Source of the DNA: Agathobacter sp.
Lineage (GTDB): Bacteria > Bacillota > Clostridia > Lachnospirales > Lachnospiraceae
Assembly: GCA_963596435.1 (NCBI GenBank)
Contig: CAVBMG010000006.1
Location: 5,938 to 69,937 of the forward strand
Reading direction: 5' to 3'
Length of the DNA: 64,000 nt
Of the stretch, positions 1 through 10,229 are shown piece after piece (positions within the stretch are counted from its first letter, which is position 1; each line of letters opens with the position of its first letter). A program made the position numbers and the translations under genes. The notes under the pieces were generated by a model. It was given only the letters and a program-made list of their open reading frames with translations, was not told the DNA's origin and searched no databases.

Positions 1-1
1 T

Positions 2-202
2 AAGATAAGGAGCAGCGACAATTCCTATGTTCGCAACATTCCCGTTGTTGCGATGACAGCAGATGCTTTTGCGGAAGACATATATGCATGTCTGGAAGCA
101 GGTATGGATGAGCATATAGCCAAGCCGATACATATAGCACAGGTTTTACAGGCTTTAAGAATGGCGAAAGCCGGAACACTTCACAGAAGAGAGGATATAT
201 AA
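2..202 (+). CDS. C-terminal receiver domain of a hybrid sensor kinase/response regulator (partial, runs off window start)
   Basis: Frame 2 reads KIRSSDNSYVRNIPVVAMTADAFAEDIYACLEAGMDEHIAKPI..., matching the IP-AMTA-AF-GMD-KP REC C-terminus also seen in 6374..8935; TAA at 200-202. Confidence 0.85.
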   Translation, partial: KIRSSDNSYVRNIPVVAMTADAFAEDIYACLEAGMDEHIAKPIHIAQVLQALRMAKAGTLHRREDI

Positions 203-204
203 TA

Positions 205-1497
205 ATGAAGAAGAAAATGATTTCTATTATCACTGTTGTTTCTCTGTTGAGCTTGACTGCTTGTGGTAACACAACGAATTCGACAGCAAAGAAAGATACC
301 TTTACACCAAGGCTGGATACACAGCAGACGGACACTTTGGAAATTGCCGGATTTATGGGTAATTTTGAGGCTCTTGATCAGGCGATTAATGCATTTAATG
401 AGATTTATCCTAATGTCACATTTCTATATGATCACAATACCAGCTATATGCTGCCTGAATATCTGACGAATAATGCGGGTACAGATATATTTATGACGGC
501 AGATGCGAATATCACACGTACAGATCTGGCAGATTATAATGTACAGGACTGGTGTCTTGACCTTTCCAAAGAGGATCTGGATACAAGTGCCGTTTTGCCG
601 GATGCATTGAAGGAATGTACGATAGATGGCAAAATTATGCGTATTCCCATAGCCATGAATCCCTGTGGAATCGTAGTAAACAAAACGCTGCTCAAAGATG
701 AGGGGCTTGAGGTTCCTGCCAATTACAGCGAATTTCTTGATGTAATGGCTGCGTTAAAAGACAAAGGATATACACCTCTTCAGGGCTCTCAGAGATTCCT
801 GTATGGAGAGCTGGCAGTCAATATGGCAATGAATATTCTGTCAGATGATACAACATTAGAGAATCTGCTGGCTGGAAAAGAAGAGGCAGTTACAGCAGTT
901 CTGCCTGCATTTGAGCGTCTGGAGACGATCATCAAGGAAGGCTATACGGATTATGAGCTGAACTGTACCTATCCGGAAGATAACTATGATGGTTCTATTA
1001 TGGCATTCTTCGAGGGGCAGATGCCTTTCTATGTATGCAATTCAGAGTGTGTCAGTGGCATGAAGAAGAGAGAGTCAAAGTCAGAGAGCTACAGTGCAGA
1101 GCCATTTGAGTATGAATTTGAATATGTTCCATTGGGAGACCAAGGTGCGTACGCTTATACAGAACCGTGGTATGGCTTCTCCGTAAACAAGAACAGCGAC
1201 AGTAAAGAGCTGGCACTGGAGTTCATGAGATTTCTGCTGGTTTCTGACCGTCTGGATTCCATGGCAAGCATCAAAGGAATGCCATCAGCGGCAGTAAACG
1301 GTACTAATGAACGTTATGAAGGCATGACCAAAGCGAAGAACATTCAGGCATCTTTCAGTAATGATGGAAGTGTGCCAGGAGAAGTAAGAGAGATATTTGA
1401 ACAGGTATGCAATGATTACGGTGCAGGTACATACGCAGATACCGGGGAAGCTGCCAGGGCATATGTACAGCAATGCGCAGACATATCTCATGAATAG
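205..1497 (+). CDS. Extracellular solute-binding lipoprotein (carbohydrate-type ABC SBP family)
   Basis: Lipobox LTAC after a basic/hydrophobic signal; FNEIYPNV, DGKIMRIP, VVNKTLL, A.EFMRFL segments typical of SBP_bac_1/8. Confidence 0.8.
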   Translation: MKKKMISIITVVSLLSLTACGNTTNSTAKKDTFTPRLDTQQTDTLEIAGFMGNFEALDQAINAFNEIYPNVTFLYDHNTSYMLPEYLTNNAGTDIFMTADANITRTDLADYNVQDWCLDLSKEDLDTSAVLPDALKECTIDGKIMRIPIAMNPCGIVVNKTLLKDEGLEVPANYSEFLDVMAALKDKGYTPLQGSQRFLYGELAVNMAMNILSDDTTLENLLAGKEEAVTAVLPAFERLETIIKEGYTDYELNCTYPEDNYDGSIMAFFEGQMPFYVCNSECVSGMKKRESKSESYSAEPFEYEFEYVPLGDQGAYAYTEPWYGFSVNKNSDSKELALEFMRFLLVSDRLDSMASIKGMPSAAVNGTNERYEGMTKAKNIQASFSNDGSVPGEVREIFEQVCNDYGAGTYADTGEAARAYVQQCADISHE

Positions 1498-1520
1498 GTA
1501 GAAGGGAATTTTGGTAAATC

Positions 1521-2870
1521 ATGAAAAAGAAAATGAATCATGATAATCTGGTAGATTCAGATAAATCAGAGAATATTATAAAGACCAAAAAGATGAAGAG
1601 GTCCATGAGTCAGGAGATTCGGTGGGATAAGCTGGATAATACAGCCAATCTCTTCCCTGTTATTGCAGGGGAGAGCATGAGTAATGTCTACCGGATCAGT
1701 GTAACGCTGACCGAGCTTGTAGACCCTGAGCTTTTACAGGAAGCCCTGGATATTGTCTTGCCGAAGTTTGATGGCTTTAATCTTCGTCTGCAAAAAGGCA
1801 TTTTCTGGTATTATTTTGAGGAAAATGGCAATCCTGCTCCTAAAGTAAAAGAAGAGAATACCTATCCCTGCCGTTTTATTGTGCAGAATAAAAACAAACA
1901 TTATCTTTTTAGGGTCACATATTTTAAATATCGTATCAATCTGGAAGTATTTCATGTATTGACAGATGGTATGGGTGGCATCAACTTCCTGAAAGAACTG
2001 ACTTATCAGTATCTGCGTCTGTGTCATCCTGAGATCAGAGAAAAGGTAGGGGATGACCTGAACTGTGGCACATCCCTGAACCGTGAGGACAGCTTTATCA
2101 AAAACTACAGGAAAAGCTCATCCAAGCCATATCAGACACAGAAAGCATATCTTGTTAAGGGAGAGAAGCTTCTTCCGGGTGAGTTTGGCGTAATGCATGG
2201 ATACATGAAGATTCCTGCGTTAAAGGAAGTATGCCACAAATATGGCGTCAGCATCAATGAGTATCTTGTTGGTGTGTTTGTATACAGTGTATATCAGGAA
2301 TGTCTCAAGGGAATGCCTTCGGCTAAACCAATCCGTGTAGCAGTTCCTGTAAACTTACGTCCGTATTTTGCTTCCAACACTACGAAGAATTTCTTCGTAA
2401 TGGTATCGGCAGAGTTCCATCCTACCAAGGAAGATTACACATTTGAAGAAATATTGCAGACTGTGCATGAGAGTCTGAAAGCACAGATCAATAAGGAAAA
2501 TCTGGAGAAGCTTTTCTCTTATAATGTATCCAATGAGAAAGTATGGATTGCAAGAATCGCACCGCTTTTTCTCAAAAATCTGGCTATGAAGATTGTGTAT
2601 ACCCAATCTGCGCTGGCTAATACGACTACCATAACCAACATTGGTAATATCGGGGTGGAGGATGTATATAAGCCTTATATAGAAATGTTCCACGCGTTCC
2701 TTGCAATGTCAAAAGGACAGCATATCAAGGGAACAATCTGTTCTTATGGAGATACTCTGGTATTTACATTCAGCTATGATTTGCAGGACACCGGCATTCA
2801 GAAGGTCTTTTTCCGTAAGATTGCGGCTGACGGTATCGAAGTACAGTTAGACAGTAACAGTGGATTGTAA
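1521..2870 (+). CDS. Alcohol acetyltransferase-like CoA-dependent acyltransferase (condensation-domain fold)
   Basis: HxxxDG catalytic motif (FHVLTDGMGG), PVNLRPYF, TNIG; N-terminal LDNTANLFP. Confidence 0.75.
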   Translation: MKKKMNHDNLVDSDKSENIIKTKKMKRSMSQEIRWDKLDNTANLFPVIAGESMSNVYRISVTLTELVDPELLQEALDIVLPKFDGFNLRLQKGIFWYYFEENGNPAPKVKEENTYPCRFIVQNKNKHYLFRVTYFKYRINLEVFHVLTDGMGGINFLKELTYQYLRLCHPEIREKVGDDLNCGTSLNREDSFIKNYRKSSSKPYQTQKAYLVKGEKLLPGEFGVMHGYMKIPALKEVCHKYGVSINEYLVGVFVYSVYQECLKGMPSAKPIRVAVPVNLRPYFASNTTKNFFVMVSAEFHPTKEDYTFEEILQTVHESLKAQINKENLEKLFSYNVSNEKVWIARIAPLFLKNLAMKIVYTQSALANTTTITNIGNIGVEDVYKPYIEMFHAFLAMSKGQHIKGTICSYGDTLVFTFSYDLQDTGIQKVFFRKIAADGIEVQLDSNSGL

Positions 2871-2883
2871 GAGGGATAGAAAT

Positions 2884-3549
2884 ATGAGTAGATGCAAACA
2901 ATGTAATATTGAAATATTAGAACCGACAGAGCGATGCCCTTTGTGTAATTCTGTACTGGAGAAATCAGAGGATCTGGAGGCTATGTATCCGCAGATTCAT
3001 CAGAAGGCAAGGGCTTTTACCATGATATTAAGAGTCTACAGCTTTCTTGCCATTACCATTGAACTGATTCTGTTTACGCTGGCATTCTTTGCGAAAATCA
3101 GTTATCTGACTGTACTGATTCCAGCACTGTTTCTATTCTATATTTATATGGTGCTGCGTTTTGCAGTCATAGGAAAGAGCGGTCACAGGGCAAAAATCAT
3201 TGTTCTGGCATTTCTTGCAGTTGCGATCATGGTTGCACTGGATTATATACGCGGCTTCAATGGATGGTCTATTAATTACGTATTCCCTTCGGCAGTTATT
3301 GCAGTAGATGTAGGTATTCTGCTTCTGATTTTTATTAACAAGCGAAACTGGCAGAGCTATGTCATGCCGGAGCTGTTTATGATTCTGGTAAGTCTGGCTG
3401 GAATCCTTTTGAGAGCGCTGGATATTATTACACATCCTTTGGCTATTGTTATCGCACTGGATTTCTCTGTGCTTTTGTTCCTGGGAACGATCATCATTGG
3501 AGGACGACGCGCCAGAATGGAATTAAAGAGAAGATTTCATATCAAATAA
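2884..3549 (+). CDS. Membrane protein with N-terminal zinc ribbon (DUF6320-like)
   Basis: CKQC...CPLC followed by ~6 hydrophobic helices and C-terminal ELKRRFHI; ATG 2884 has a GAGG RBS. Confidence 0.65.
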   Translation: MSRCKQCNIEILEPTERCPLCNSVLEKSEDLEAMYPQIHQKARAFTMILRVYSFLAITIELILFTLAFFAKISYLTVLIPALFLFYIYMVLRFAVIGKSGHRAKIIVLAFLAVAIMVALDYIRGFNGWSINYVFPSAVIAVDVGILLLIFINKRNWQSYVMPELFMILVSLAGILLRALDIITHPLAIVIALDFSVLLFLGTIIIGGRRARMELKRRFHIK

Positions 3550-3571
3550 ATACAGGGTGGAGTATTAGACT

Positions 3572-4918
3572 ATGACCAAAGAAAAAGATCATGCTTTTTA
3601 TTCAAAATTATGGAGTCTGATGATTCCTATTCTGCTTCAGAATCTTATGCTGGCGCTGGTGGCAGTAGCAGATGCCTTTATGCTTGGCGGACTGGATCAG
3701 AATTATATGTCAGCGGTCTCTCTTGCAACGCAGATTCAGTTTATACAGAATATGTTTCTTTCTGCGGCAACAGCCAGCCTTGGAATTCTTGGAGCGCAAT
3801 ATTGGGGAAAAGGCGATATTACTACACTGGATGATATATTCTGCATGGCATTAAGATTATGTGGACTGGTCTCTGTTTTATTCTTCTGTGCATGCATGTT
3901 CATCCCGGATAAGCTGATGCTGATATTTACCAATGAAACAGTATTGATAGAGTATGGTGTAAGTTATCTGCGTATAGCGGGATTCTCTTATCTTCTGACG
4001 GGAATTTCACAGTGTTATCTTGTTATTATGAAGACAAGTGAACACGCCAGAACTACAGCAATCATCAGTTCTGCCACAGTATGTATCAATATTGTGCTCA
4101 ATGCAGTGCTGATATTTGGGGGCTTTGGAATGCCTGCGCTGAATGTGCGTGGAGCAGCCATAGCAACACTGATATCCAGAATTATAGAATTGACTGTATC
4201 AGTCATTGCATCATACAGACCAGGATATATACATCCATACATAGGGCGGCTTTTTAAGAGAAATAAGCAGCTTGCACAGGATTTTTGCAAGTGTGCCCTG
4301 CCACTTCTTGGAGCGTGTCTTTTCTGGGGAATAGGATTTACCTCCTATTCTTCCTTTATGGGACATCTGGGAACCGATGCGGCGGCAGCCAATTCTGTTG
4401 CGGCAGTTGTCCGTGACATTATATGCTGTTTCAGTGCGGGAATCTCCAGTGCTGCAGGAATTATGATCGGTAATGAGCTTGGAGCCGGTAATCTGGAACG
4501 TGGTAAGGCATATGGTATTCGATTATTGAAGATTTCCATTGCATGTGGTTTTGTAATGTCTCTGCTGATGGGCGTTTCTGCACCGATTATTCTGCATTTT
4601 GTGAAATTGACGCCTCAGGCAGCCACGTATCTGAAAGGAATGTTTGGTGTGATTGCCTTTTATATGATTGGGCGTTCTATTAATGATGTTACGATCAATG
4701 GTATTTTTGGAGCGGGTGGAGATACTATGTTTGATATGTACAGTCTGGCGGTCTGCATGTGGTGTCTGGCGATTCCACTGGCTGCAATCGGAACCTATGT
4801 ACTGCACTGGCCGGTAGTGGTAGTCTATGCCTGCACATGCATTGATGAAGTAGGCAAGATTCCCTGGGTTTTGCTCCATTTTAGAAAATATAAATGGGTA
4901 AAAGATTTAACGAGATAG
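3572..4918 (+). CDS. MATE family efflux transporter
   Basis: 448 aa, ~12 TM; D..MLG.L, AQYWG, NIVLN..LIFG..G.P..V.GAAIAT.ISR. Confidence 0.92.
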   Translation: MTKEKDHAFYSKLWSLMIPILLQNLMLALVAVADAFMLGGLDQNYMSAVSLATQIQFIQNMFLSAATASLGILGAQYWGKGDITTLDDIFCMALRLCGLVSVLFFCACMFIPDKLMLIFTNETVLIEYGVSYLRIAGFSYLLTGISQCYLVIMKTSEHARTTAIISSATVCINIVLNAVLIFGGFGMPALNVRGAAIATLISRIIELTVSVIASYRPGYIHPYIGRLFKRNKQLAQDFCKCALPLLGACLFWGIGFTSYSSFMGHLGTDAAAANSVAAVVRDIICCFSAGISSAAGIMIGNELGAGNLERGKAYGIRLLKISIACGFVMSLLMGVSAPIILHFVKLTPQAATYLKGMFGVIAFYMIGRSINDVTINGIFGAGGDTMFDMYSLAVCMWCLAIPLAAIGTYVLHWPVVVVYACTCIDEVGKIPWVLLHFRKYKWVKDLTR

Positions 4919-4964
4919 ATTTTGTGCTATACTGTAAGCAGATTTATATAATTTGGAGGAAATT

Positions 4965-6323
4965 ATGAGTATAAAAGAAGAAATTCATGCATTATCAGAT
5001 GAAATGATAACAAATCTTGGAAGATTGGTTGCGATTGATTCACAGCTTGGTACTCCCGCAGAAGGAATGCCTTTTGGTGAAGGACCTGCCAAGGCTCTCA
5101 GCGAAGGACTTAAAATAGCACAGGAGCTTGGTTTCCATACTGTGAATCTGGATAATTACTGTGGCTATGCGGAAATGGGAGAGGGCGAGGAAATCGTGGG
5201 TATCGCCGGACATCTGGATATTGTGCCTGTAGGCGGCGACTGGACACATGATCCTTTTAAACTGACCCGCGAGGGTGATTATGTCTATGGTCGTGGTACA
5301 ACGGATGATAAAGGCCCGGTTCTGGAAGCACTGTATGCCATGAAGCTTCTGCGTGATTCTGGCGTTAAGCTTAACAAAAGAGTACGTCTTATCATGGGAT
5401 GTAATGAAGAGACAGGTTCCAAGTGTATGGAACACTATAATGAAGTAGCAGAGGAACTTTCCTGTGGATTTACCCCGGATGCCAATTTCCCCTGTATTCA
5501 TGGAGAAAAAGGACATATGTCCATGATGGCATATTCAAAGAATACGAAGATTATTTCCATGAATGGCGGTTTTGTATCCAATGCCGTATGTGACACCTGT
5601 ACCACAGTAATCCCGGCATCAGCAGGAATGGAGGACAAGCTGGAAGAAGCACTCTCCCAGGCTGGACTGAAAGAATATAAGGTAACAGAGGAAAACGGTC
5701 AGATCAGTATCTATGCAAAGGGTATACCGGCACATGCAAGTACACCGACTCTTGGAGTCAATGCCGCAGGTGTAACCTTTGAATGCCTTGAAAAGGCTGG
5801 TTTTGAAGATGATTTTGTCAAATTCTATAATTCTCATCTTGGAACAGCCTGCGATGGTTCAGGAATTGGTCTGAAATTTGAAGATGAGTATGGTGATCTG
5901 ACATTCTGTAATGGAATTGTCAAGACTGAGGATGGAGTGATCTCCTGCACAATTGATATTAGAGTACCGGTTACATTAAAGGCACAACAGGTTCGTAAGA
6001 TGTGTGAAGGCAGACTGGAAGATGAGAATGGACGAATCGAGATCATTGAGATCGGTGATCCATTGTTCTTCCCAAGACAATCTCCACTTGTAGAAGCTCT
6101 GTATAAGGCATATGTAGATGTAACAGGCGATACAGAAAATGAACCTATGGTAATAGGTGGTGGAACCTATGCCAAATCATTGAAGAATATCATTGCATTC
6201 GGACCGGAGAAACTGGGAGTTGATTACCGTATTCACAGTGCTGACGAATATATTCTTGTATCAGGAATGGAAGAAGCAGTTCAGATCTATATGGAAGCAA
6301 TCAGAAACCTGCTTACAATCTAG
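4965..6323 (+). CDS. pepV: M20 family dipeptidase (PepV/Sapep type)
   Basis: GHLDIVP, GRGTTDDKGP, NEETGS, PDANFP..HGEKG, AHASTP, GGGTYAK, H..DEYI; GGAGG RBS before ATG 4965. Confidence 0.9.
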   Translation: MSIKEEIHALSDEMITNLGRLVAIDSQLGTPAEGMPFGEGPAKALSEGLKIAQELGFHTVNLDNYCGYAEMGEGEEIVGIAGHLDIVPVGGDWTHDPFKLTREGDYVYGRGTTDDKGPVLEALYAMKLLRDSGVKLNKRVRLIMGCNEETGSKCMEHYNEVAEELSCGFTPDANFPCIHGEKGHMSMMAYSKNTKIISMNGGFVSNAVCDTCTTVIPASAGMEDKLEEALSQAGLKEYKVTEENGQISIYAKGIPAHASTPTLGVNAAGVTFECLEKAGFEDDFVKFYNSHLGTACDGSGIGLKFEDEYGDLTFCNGIVKTEDGVISCTIDIRVPVTLKAQQVRKMCEGRLEDENGRIEIIEIGDPLFFPRQSPLVEALYKAYVDVTGDTENEPMVIGGGTYAKSLKNIIAFGPEKLGVDYRIHSADEYILVSGMEEAVQIYMEAIRNLLTI

Positions 6324-6373
6324 CAACTAACCGAAGTATTCCAGGGTAACAGCCTGAAAAAGAAAGGGTCATT

Positions 6374-8935
6374 ATGAAGCTGAAGGATAAGGACTACAGA
6401 CAGATTATATGGGGACTGCTTGCAGTAATTACCATTGTGATTGGCGGTGCGCTTGTATTTGTCAGACTATATGGAACTTTCATAGATAAAACACTCTATG
6501 CCGAGCGTCTAAGCCAAATGAGAGAAGTGACAACACAGCTCTTCTCCGGGCTGGAGGACGTGGCAAGCAACCAGTGGCATACGGCTTCTGAGCAATGCCG
6601 TGCATTAGAGCTGGATGCTCCGCAGACAATGGATGAGTTAATCAGCTTCATGAAAGACCAGTTTTATCTTGGCGATTTTGATTCTATTCAATGCAGTGTT
6701 GTAGCTGTAGATACAGAGGGAATATATTATACACAGGACGGACAACAGGGACTTTTATCACAGAGGGATTACCTGAAAGCATTACCGGAACGTATCAGTT
6801 TTGTATCCAGTTCCATGATTTCGGATGAAACGCGTATGGTATTTTTACAACAGCTTGATGAATCTGCAATAATCAGAAACGGTAATCATAAGATTGAGAT
6901 AAAATATTTTGGAATTGCACAGAATATGGAAGAATTGAATCCTTATTTTAACTGTACTGCGTATAATGGCAATAACAAGGTATATGTTATTAATTCTGAT
7001 GGATTCAAGCTGTTCAGTAGCAGTGGTGATGATATTATTAAGGGAGTGAATGTCTATCACGAACTTAATAAGCTGAAGTATCTGCATGGAAGCACCTTCA
7101 GCCTGGCAAGGCAGGAGCTGGAAGAAAACAATATTGCCTATTCTAATGCATTGCTTGATGATGAAGAGATTTACTATGCGCTCTATCATATGGATAATGC
7201 AGCATGGACATTGCTGTTTCTTGTACCGTCTGAATATGTGGCTGCCAATACAGTACATCTGGTAAATATGACAATACGTCTTGTATTGATATTTGCAGGA
7301 ATCGTACTTGTACTCTGTGTGATAGCGATTATTATGCTTATGAAATCACAGCAAAAGACAGCGCTGGAGATAGAACGAACCAATAATGAGCATCTGGAGA
7401 AGATGAACAGAGAATTGTCTGATGCTGTGGAACTGGCAAAACGGGCGACACAGGAGGCTGAAAATGCCAATAAGGCGAAGAGTGATTTCCTGTCCAATAT
7501 GAGCCATGATATACGAACTCCCATGAATGCCATTGTGGGTATTGCAAGTCTGATGGAGCACGACAAGGGAGATCCTGATAAACTGGACACTTATATTCAT
7601 AAAATACAGAAATCCAGTCAGCATCTTTTAGGGCTTATCAATGATGTGCTGGATATGAGCAAGATTGAATCCAGCGATGTTTCCCTTAACAATGAAGCTG
7701 TAAATCTTGCAGAACAGGTGGCGCAGGTGGACAGTGTTATCCGTCCACAGGCAGAGGATCGCGGACAGAAATTCATTATCCGGGTTCATGAGATCAGACA
7801 TGAATACCTGATAGGAGATTCGGTACGTCTGCGGCAGATTTTTATTAATCTGTTGTCCAATGCAGTCAAATATACCCCTTATGGTGGAACTGTTTCACTG
7901 GATCTGAAAGAAGATCCCTGTACATACGAGGGCTATGCAGCGATTCGCATTACAGTGACAGATACCGGTTATGGCATGTCACCTGAATTCATGGCCCATG
8001 TGTTTGAGCCTTTTACCCGTGCGGAGAATTCGACGACGAATAAAGTGCAGGGCACGGGACTTGGCATGGCGATTACCAAAAATATCGTTGATCTGATGGG
8101 CGGCAGCATTCAGGTACAAAGTGAACCCGGAAAAGGTACGACCTTTGATGTGGTATTGACTCTGGCAATTGACCAGGGAATAGAACAGGAGATCAACGCT
8201 AAAAGTGTATTGCTGATCTCGGAAGAGAATGCGTTGATCAAAAATATGAGCGCAGCCTTTTTGGAAACCAGTATTGACTTCCATGTTGCAGCAACAGAAG
8301 CTGATGCTATGATGTTTGTAGACAGGAAAAAAATGGATGTGATTATACTGGCAGGACATTTGCATGATCGGACACTGCCAGATACCGTGAAGCTATTGCG
8401 CGGGTCAGCCAAGGACACTGTTCTGATATTCTGCTGTGATTATGTGAAACAGGAGCAGGTACATGATGATACTGTTCTGACACAAAAAGAGGATAGTTTC
8501 GCATTAAAGGGAATGCGCTTCCTCTGTGCAGAGGATAATACACTGAATGCAGAAATTCTGGAAGCCATACTGGACATGAATCATGCCACATGTACGATAT
8601 ACCCTGATGGCGCAGAGCTGGTGAAGGCTTTTGCAGATGTAAAACCAGGGGAATATGATGCTATTTTAATGGATGTACAGATGCCTAACATGAATGGTCT
8701 GGATGCTACCAGGGCGATCCGAAAGGGCAGCAATCCACTGGGAAAGGAGATTCCCATTATAGCAATGACTGCGAATGCGTTCAGCTCGGATGTGCAGGAT
8801 TGTCTGAATGCAGGAATGGATGCACATGTCTCTAAGCCGCTTCAGATATTTATGCTGGAGAGGGCATTGAGAAGTGTTATGAATTCAAGTACGCGGGGGG
8901 GGGGACACGTGTCCGCACTAAGAAGACACGAGTAA
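6374..8935 (+). CDS. Membrane-bound hybrid sensor histidine kinase/response regulator
   Basis: Two TM around an extracellular domain; H-box FLSNMSHDIRTPMN, N-box NLLSNAVKY, DTGYG, GTGLG; degenerate REC then intact REC (AEDN, LMDVQMP, KP). Confidence 0.95.
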   Translation: MKLKDKDYRQIIWGLLAVITIVIGGALVFVRLYGTFIDKTLYAERLSQMREVTTQLFSGLEDVASNQWHTASEQCRALELDAPQTMDELISFMKDQFYLGDFDSIQCSVVAVDTEGIYYTQDGQQGLLSQRDYLKALPERISFVSSSMISDETRMVFLQQLDESAIIRNGNHKIEIKYFGIAQNMEELNPYFNCTAYNGNNKVYVINSDGFKLFSSSGDDIIKGVNVYHELNKLKYLHGSTFSLARQELEENNIAYSNALLDDEEIYYALYHMDNAAWTLLFLVPSEYVAANTVHLVNMTIRLVLIFAGIVLVLCVIAIIMLMKSQQKTALEIERTNNEHLEKMNRELSDAVELAKRATQEAENANKAKSDFLSNMSHDIRTPMNAIVGIASLMEHDKGDPDKLDTYIHKIQKSSQHLLGLINDVLDMSKIESSDVSLNNEAVNLAEQVAQVDSVIRPQAEDRGQKFIIRVHEIRHEYLIGDSVRLRQIFINLLSNAVKYTPYGGTVSLDLKEDPCTYEGYAAIRITVTDTGYGMSPEFMAHVFEPFTRAENSTTNKVQGTGLGMAITKNIVDLMGGSIQVQSEPGKGTTFDVVLTLAIDQGIEQEINAKSVLLISEENALIKNMSAAFLETSIDFHVAATEADAMMFVDRKKMDVIILAGHLHDRTLPDTVKLLRGSAKDTVLIFCCDYVKQEQVHDDTVLTQKEDSFALKGMRFLCAEDNTLNAEILEAILDMNHATCTIYPDGAELVKAFADVKPGEYDAILMDVQMPNMNGLDATRAIRKGSNPLGKEIPIIAMTANAFSSDVQDCLNAGMDAHVSKPLQIFMLERALRSVMNSSTRGGGHVSALRRHE
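8895..8904 (+). repeat. G10 homopolymer in the 3' end of the hybrid kinase gene
   Basis: acgc-GGGGGGGGGG-acacg; the longest G run I noticed in this AT-rich window. Confidence 0.9.
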
Positions 8936-8937
8936 AG

Positions 8938-9822
8938 ATGGAGTTAAGAGTGCTTCGTTATTTTCTGACTGTGGCAAAAGAACAAAGCTTTACGAAAGCG
9001 GCACAACAACTGAATATTACGCAGCCTACTCTCTCAAGACAGCTTGCCGCACTGGAAGACGAGCTGGGGGCGAAGCTCTTTATCCGTGGAAAACACAGCA
9101 TTACGCTTACGAATGAGGGGCTTTTGCTAAAAAGACGTGCATTGGAGCTGGTTGACCTTGAAGATAAGATAGTAAGTGAATTCAAAGGGAATGAGAATCT
9201 GGTAGAAGGCAGGATCACGATAGGCTGTGGTGAGTTCATGGCAATAGAGACGCTTGCGCAGATATGTGGCAGATACCGGGACAGATATCCGATGGTCCAA
9301 TTTGCACTGCATACAGGAACCGCAGACACCATATATGAGATGATGAATAAAGGACTGGTTGATATTGGATTATTTCTGGAGCCGGTCAATACACAGAATC
9401 TGGATTATATCAGAATACAGAACAGTGATCACTGGGTCGTAACCATGAGAGCGGATGATCCTTTGGCGAAGAAAGATGCCATTACAAAGGATGACCTGAT
9501 GGAGCTTCCGCTTATTCTGCCTGAGCGCTTAACAGTGCAGAGTGAGCTGGCAAACTGGTTTGGCAAGGATTTTGGCAGGATTCATGTTGCATTTACCAGT
9601 AATCTTGGCACGAATGCAGGCATTATGGCAATGCATGGACTTGGATATCCTGTATCCATTGAAGGTGCAGCAAGATATTGGGATAAGCAGATGATTGTTC
9701 AAAAAAGGCTGTCCCCGGAGATACAATCAAGCACTGTAATTGCATGGAGAAGAAATATTCCCTATTCCCTTGCAGTCAGCAAGTTTATAGAAGAGTTAAA
9801 TAACTTTGTACCTGAAAGTTAG
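8938..9822 (+). CDS. LysR family transcriptional regulator
   Basis: MELRVLRYFLTVA..SFTKAA..L.ITQPTLSRQL..LEDELG..LF.R HTH plus substrate-binding domain. Confidence 0.95.
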   Translation: MELRVLRYFLTVAKEQSFTKAAQQLNITQPTLSRQLAALEDELGAKLFIRGKHSITLTNEGLLLKRRALELVDLEDKIVSEFKGNENLVEGRITIGCGEFMAIETLAQICGRYRDRYPMVQFALHTGTADTIYEMMNKGLVDIGLFLEPVNTQNLDYIRIQNSDHWVVTMRADDPLAKKDAITKDDLMELPLILPERLTVQSELANWFGKDFGRIHVAFTSNLGTNAGIMAMHGLGYPVSIEGAARYWDKQMIVQKRLSPEIQSSTVIAWRRNIPYSLAVSKFIEELNNFVPES

Positions 9823-9850
9823 CAGGTTACAGAAAGGCATGGTTATTAAT

Positions 9851-10123
9851 ATGAAAAAGTGTATGGATTCTGAGAATCTCCACAGGAGATTGAAAAAAAT
9901 AATTGGACAGGTACAGGCAATTGACCGCATGGTAGATGAAGATATTCCATGTGAGGATATTCTGTCGCAGTTAAATGCAGCGAAATCAGCATTGAATAAA
10001 TGTGGACAGGTTGTTCTGGAGGGACACATTAATCATTGCATTAAAGATGCCATAGAAAGCGGTGACGAGGAAGAAATCAAGAACTTCACCAAGGCAATTG
10101 AACGATTTGCCAATATGCAATAA
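9851..10123 (+). CDS. csoR: CsoR/RcnR family metal-sensing repressor
   Basis: RLKKIIGQV.AI.RMV...CEDILSQL.A..SAL.....LEGHINHC; start could be 9839 or 9851. Confidence 0.9.
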   Translation: MKKCMDSENLHRRLKKIIGQVQAIDRMVDEDIPCEDILSQLNAAKSALNKCGQVVLEGHINHCIKDAIESGDEEEIKNFTKAIERFANMQ

Positions 10124-10135
10124 TGTAAAATATGA

Positions 10136-10160
10136 AAAACAGCGTTGTGCTGTTTTTTTT
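10136..10160 (+). terminator. Short intrinsic terminator after csoR
   Basis: aaaacagc-gttgt-gctgtttt followed by a T run. Confidence 0.55.
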
Positions 10161-10161
10161 A

Positions 10162-10212
10162 TTGACATGTGATACCCATAGGGGTATAGTATATCCATAC
10201 CCCTATGGGTAT
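10162..10212 (+). promoter_or_regulatory. Sigma-A promoter with two CsoR-type operators
   Basis: TTGACA (10162-67)-N17-TATAGT (10185-90); ATACCCATAGGGGTAT (10172-87) and its exact reverse complement ATACCCCTATGGGTAT (10197-212). Confidence 0.85.
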
Positions 10213-10229
10213 GGAAAGGACATTACATT

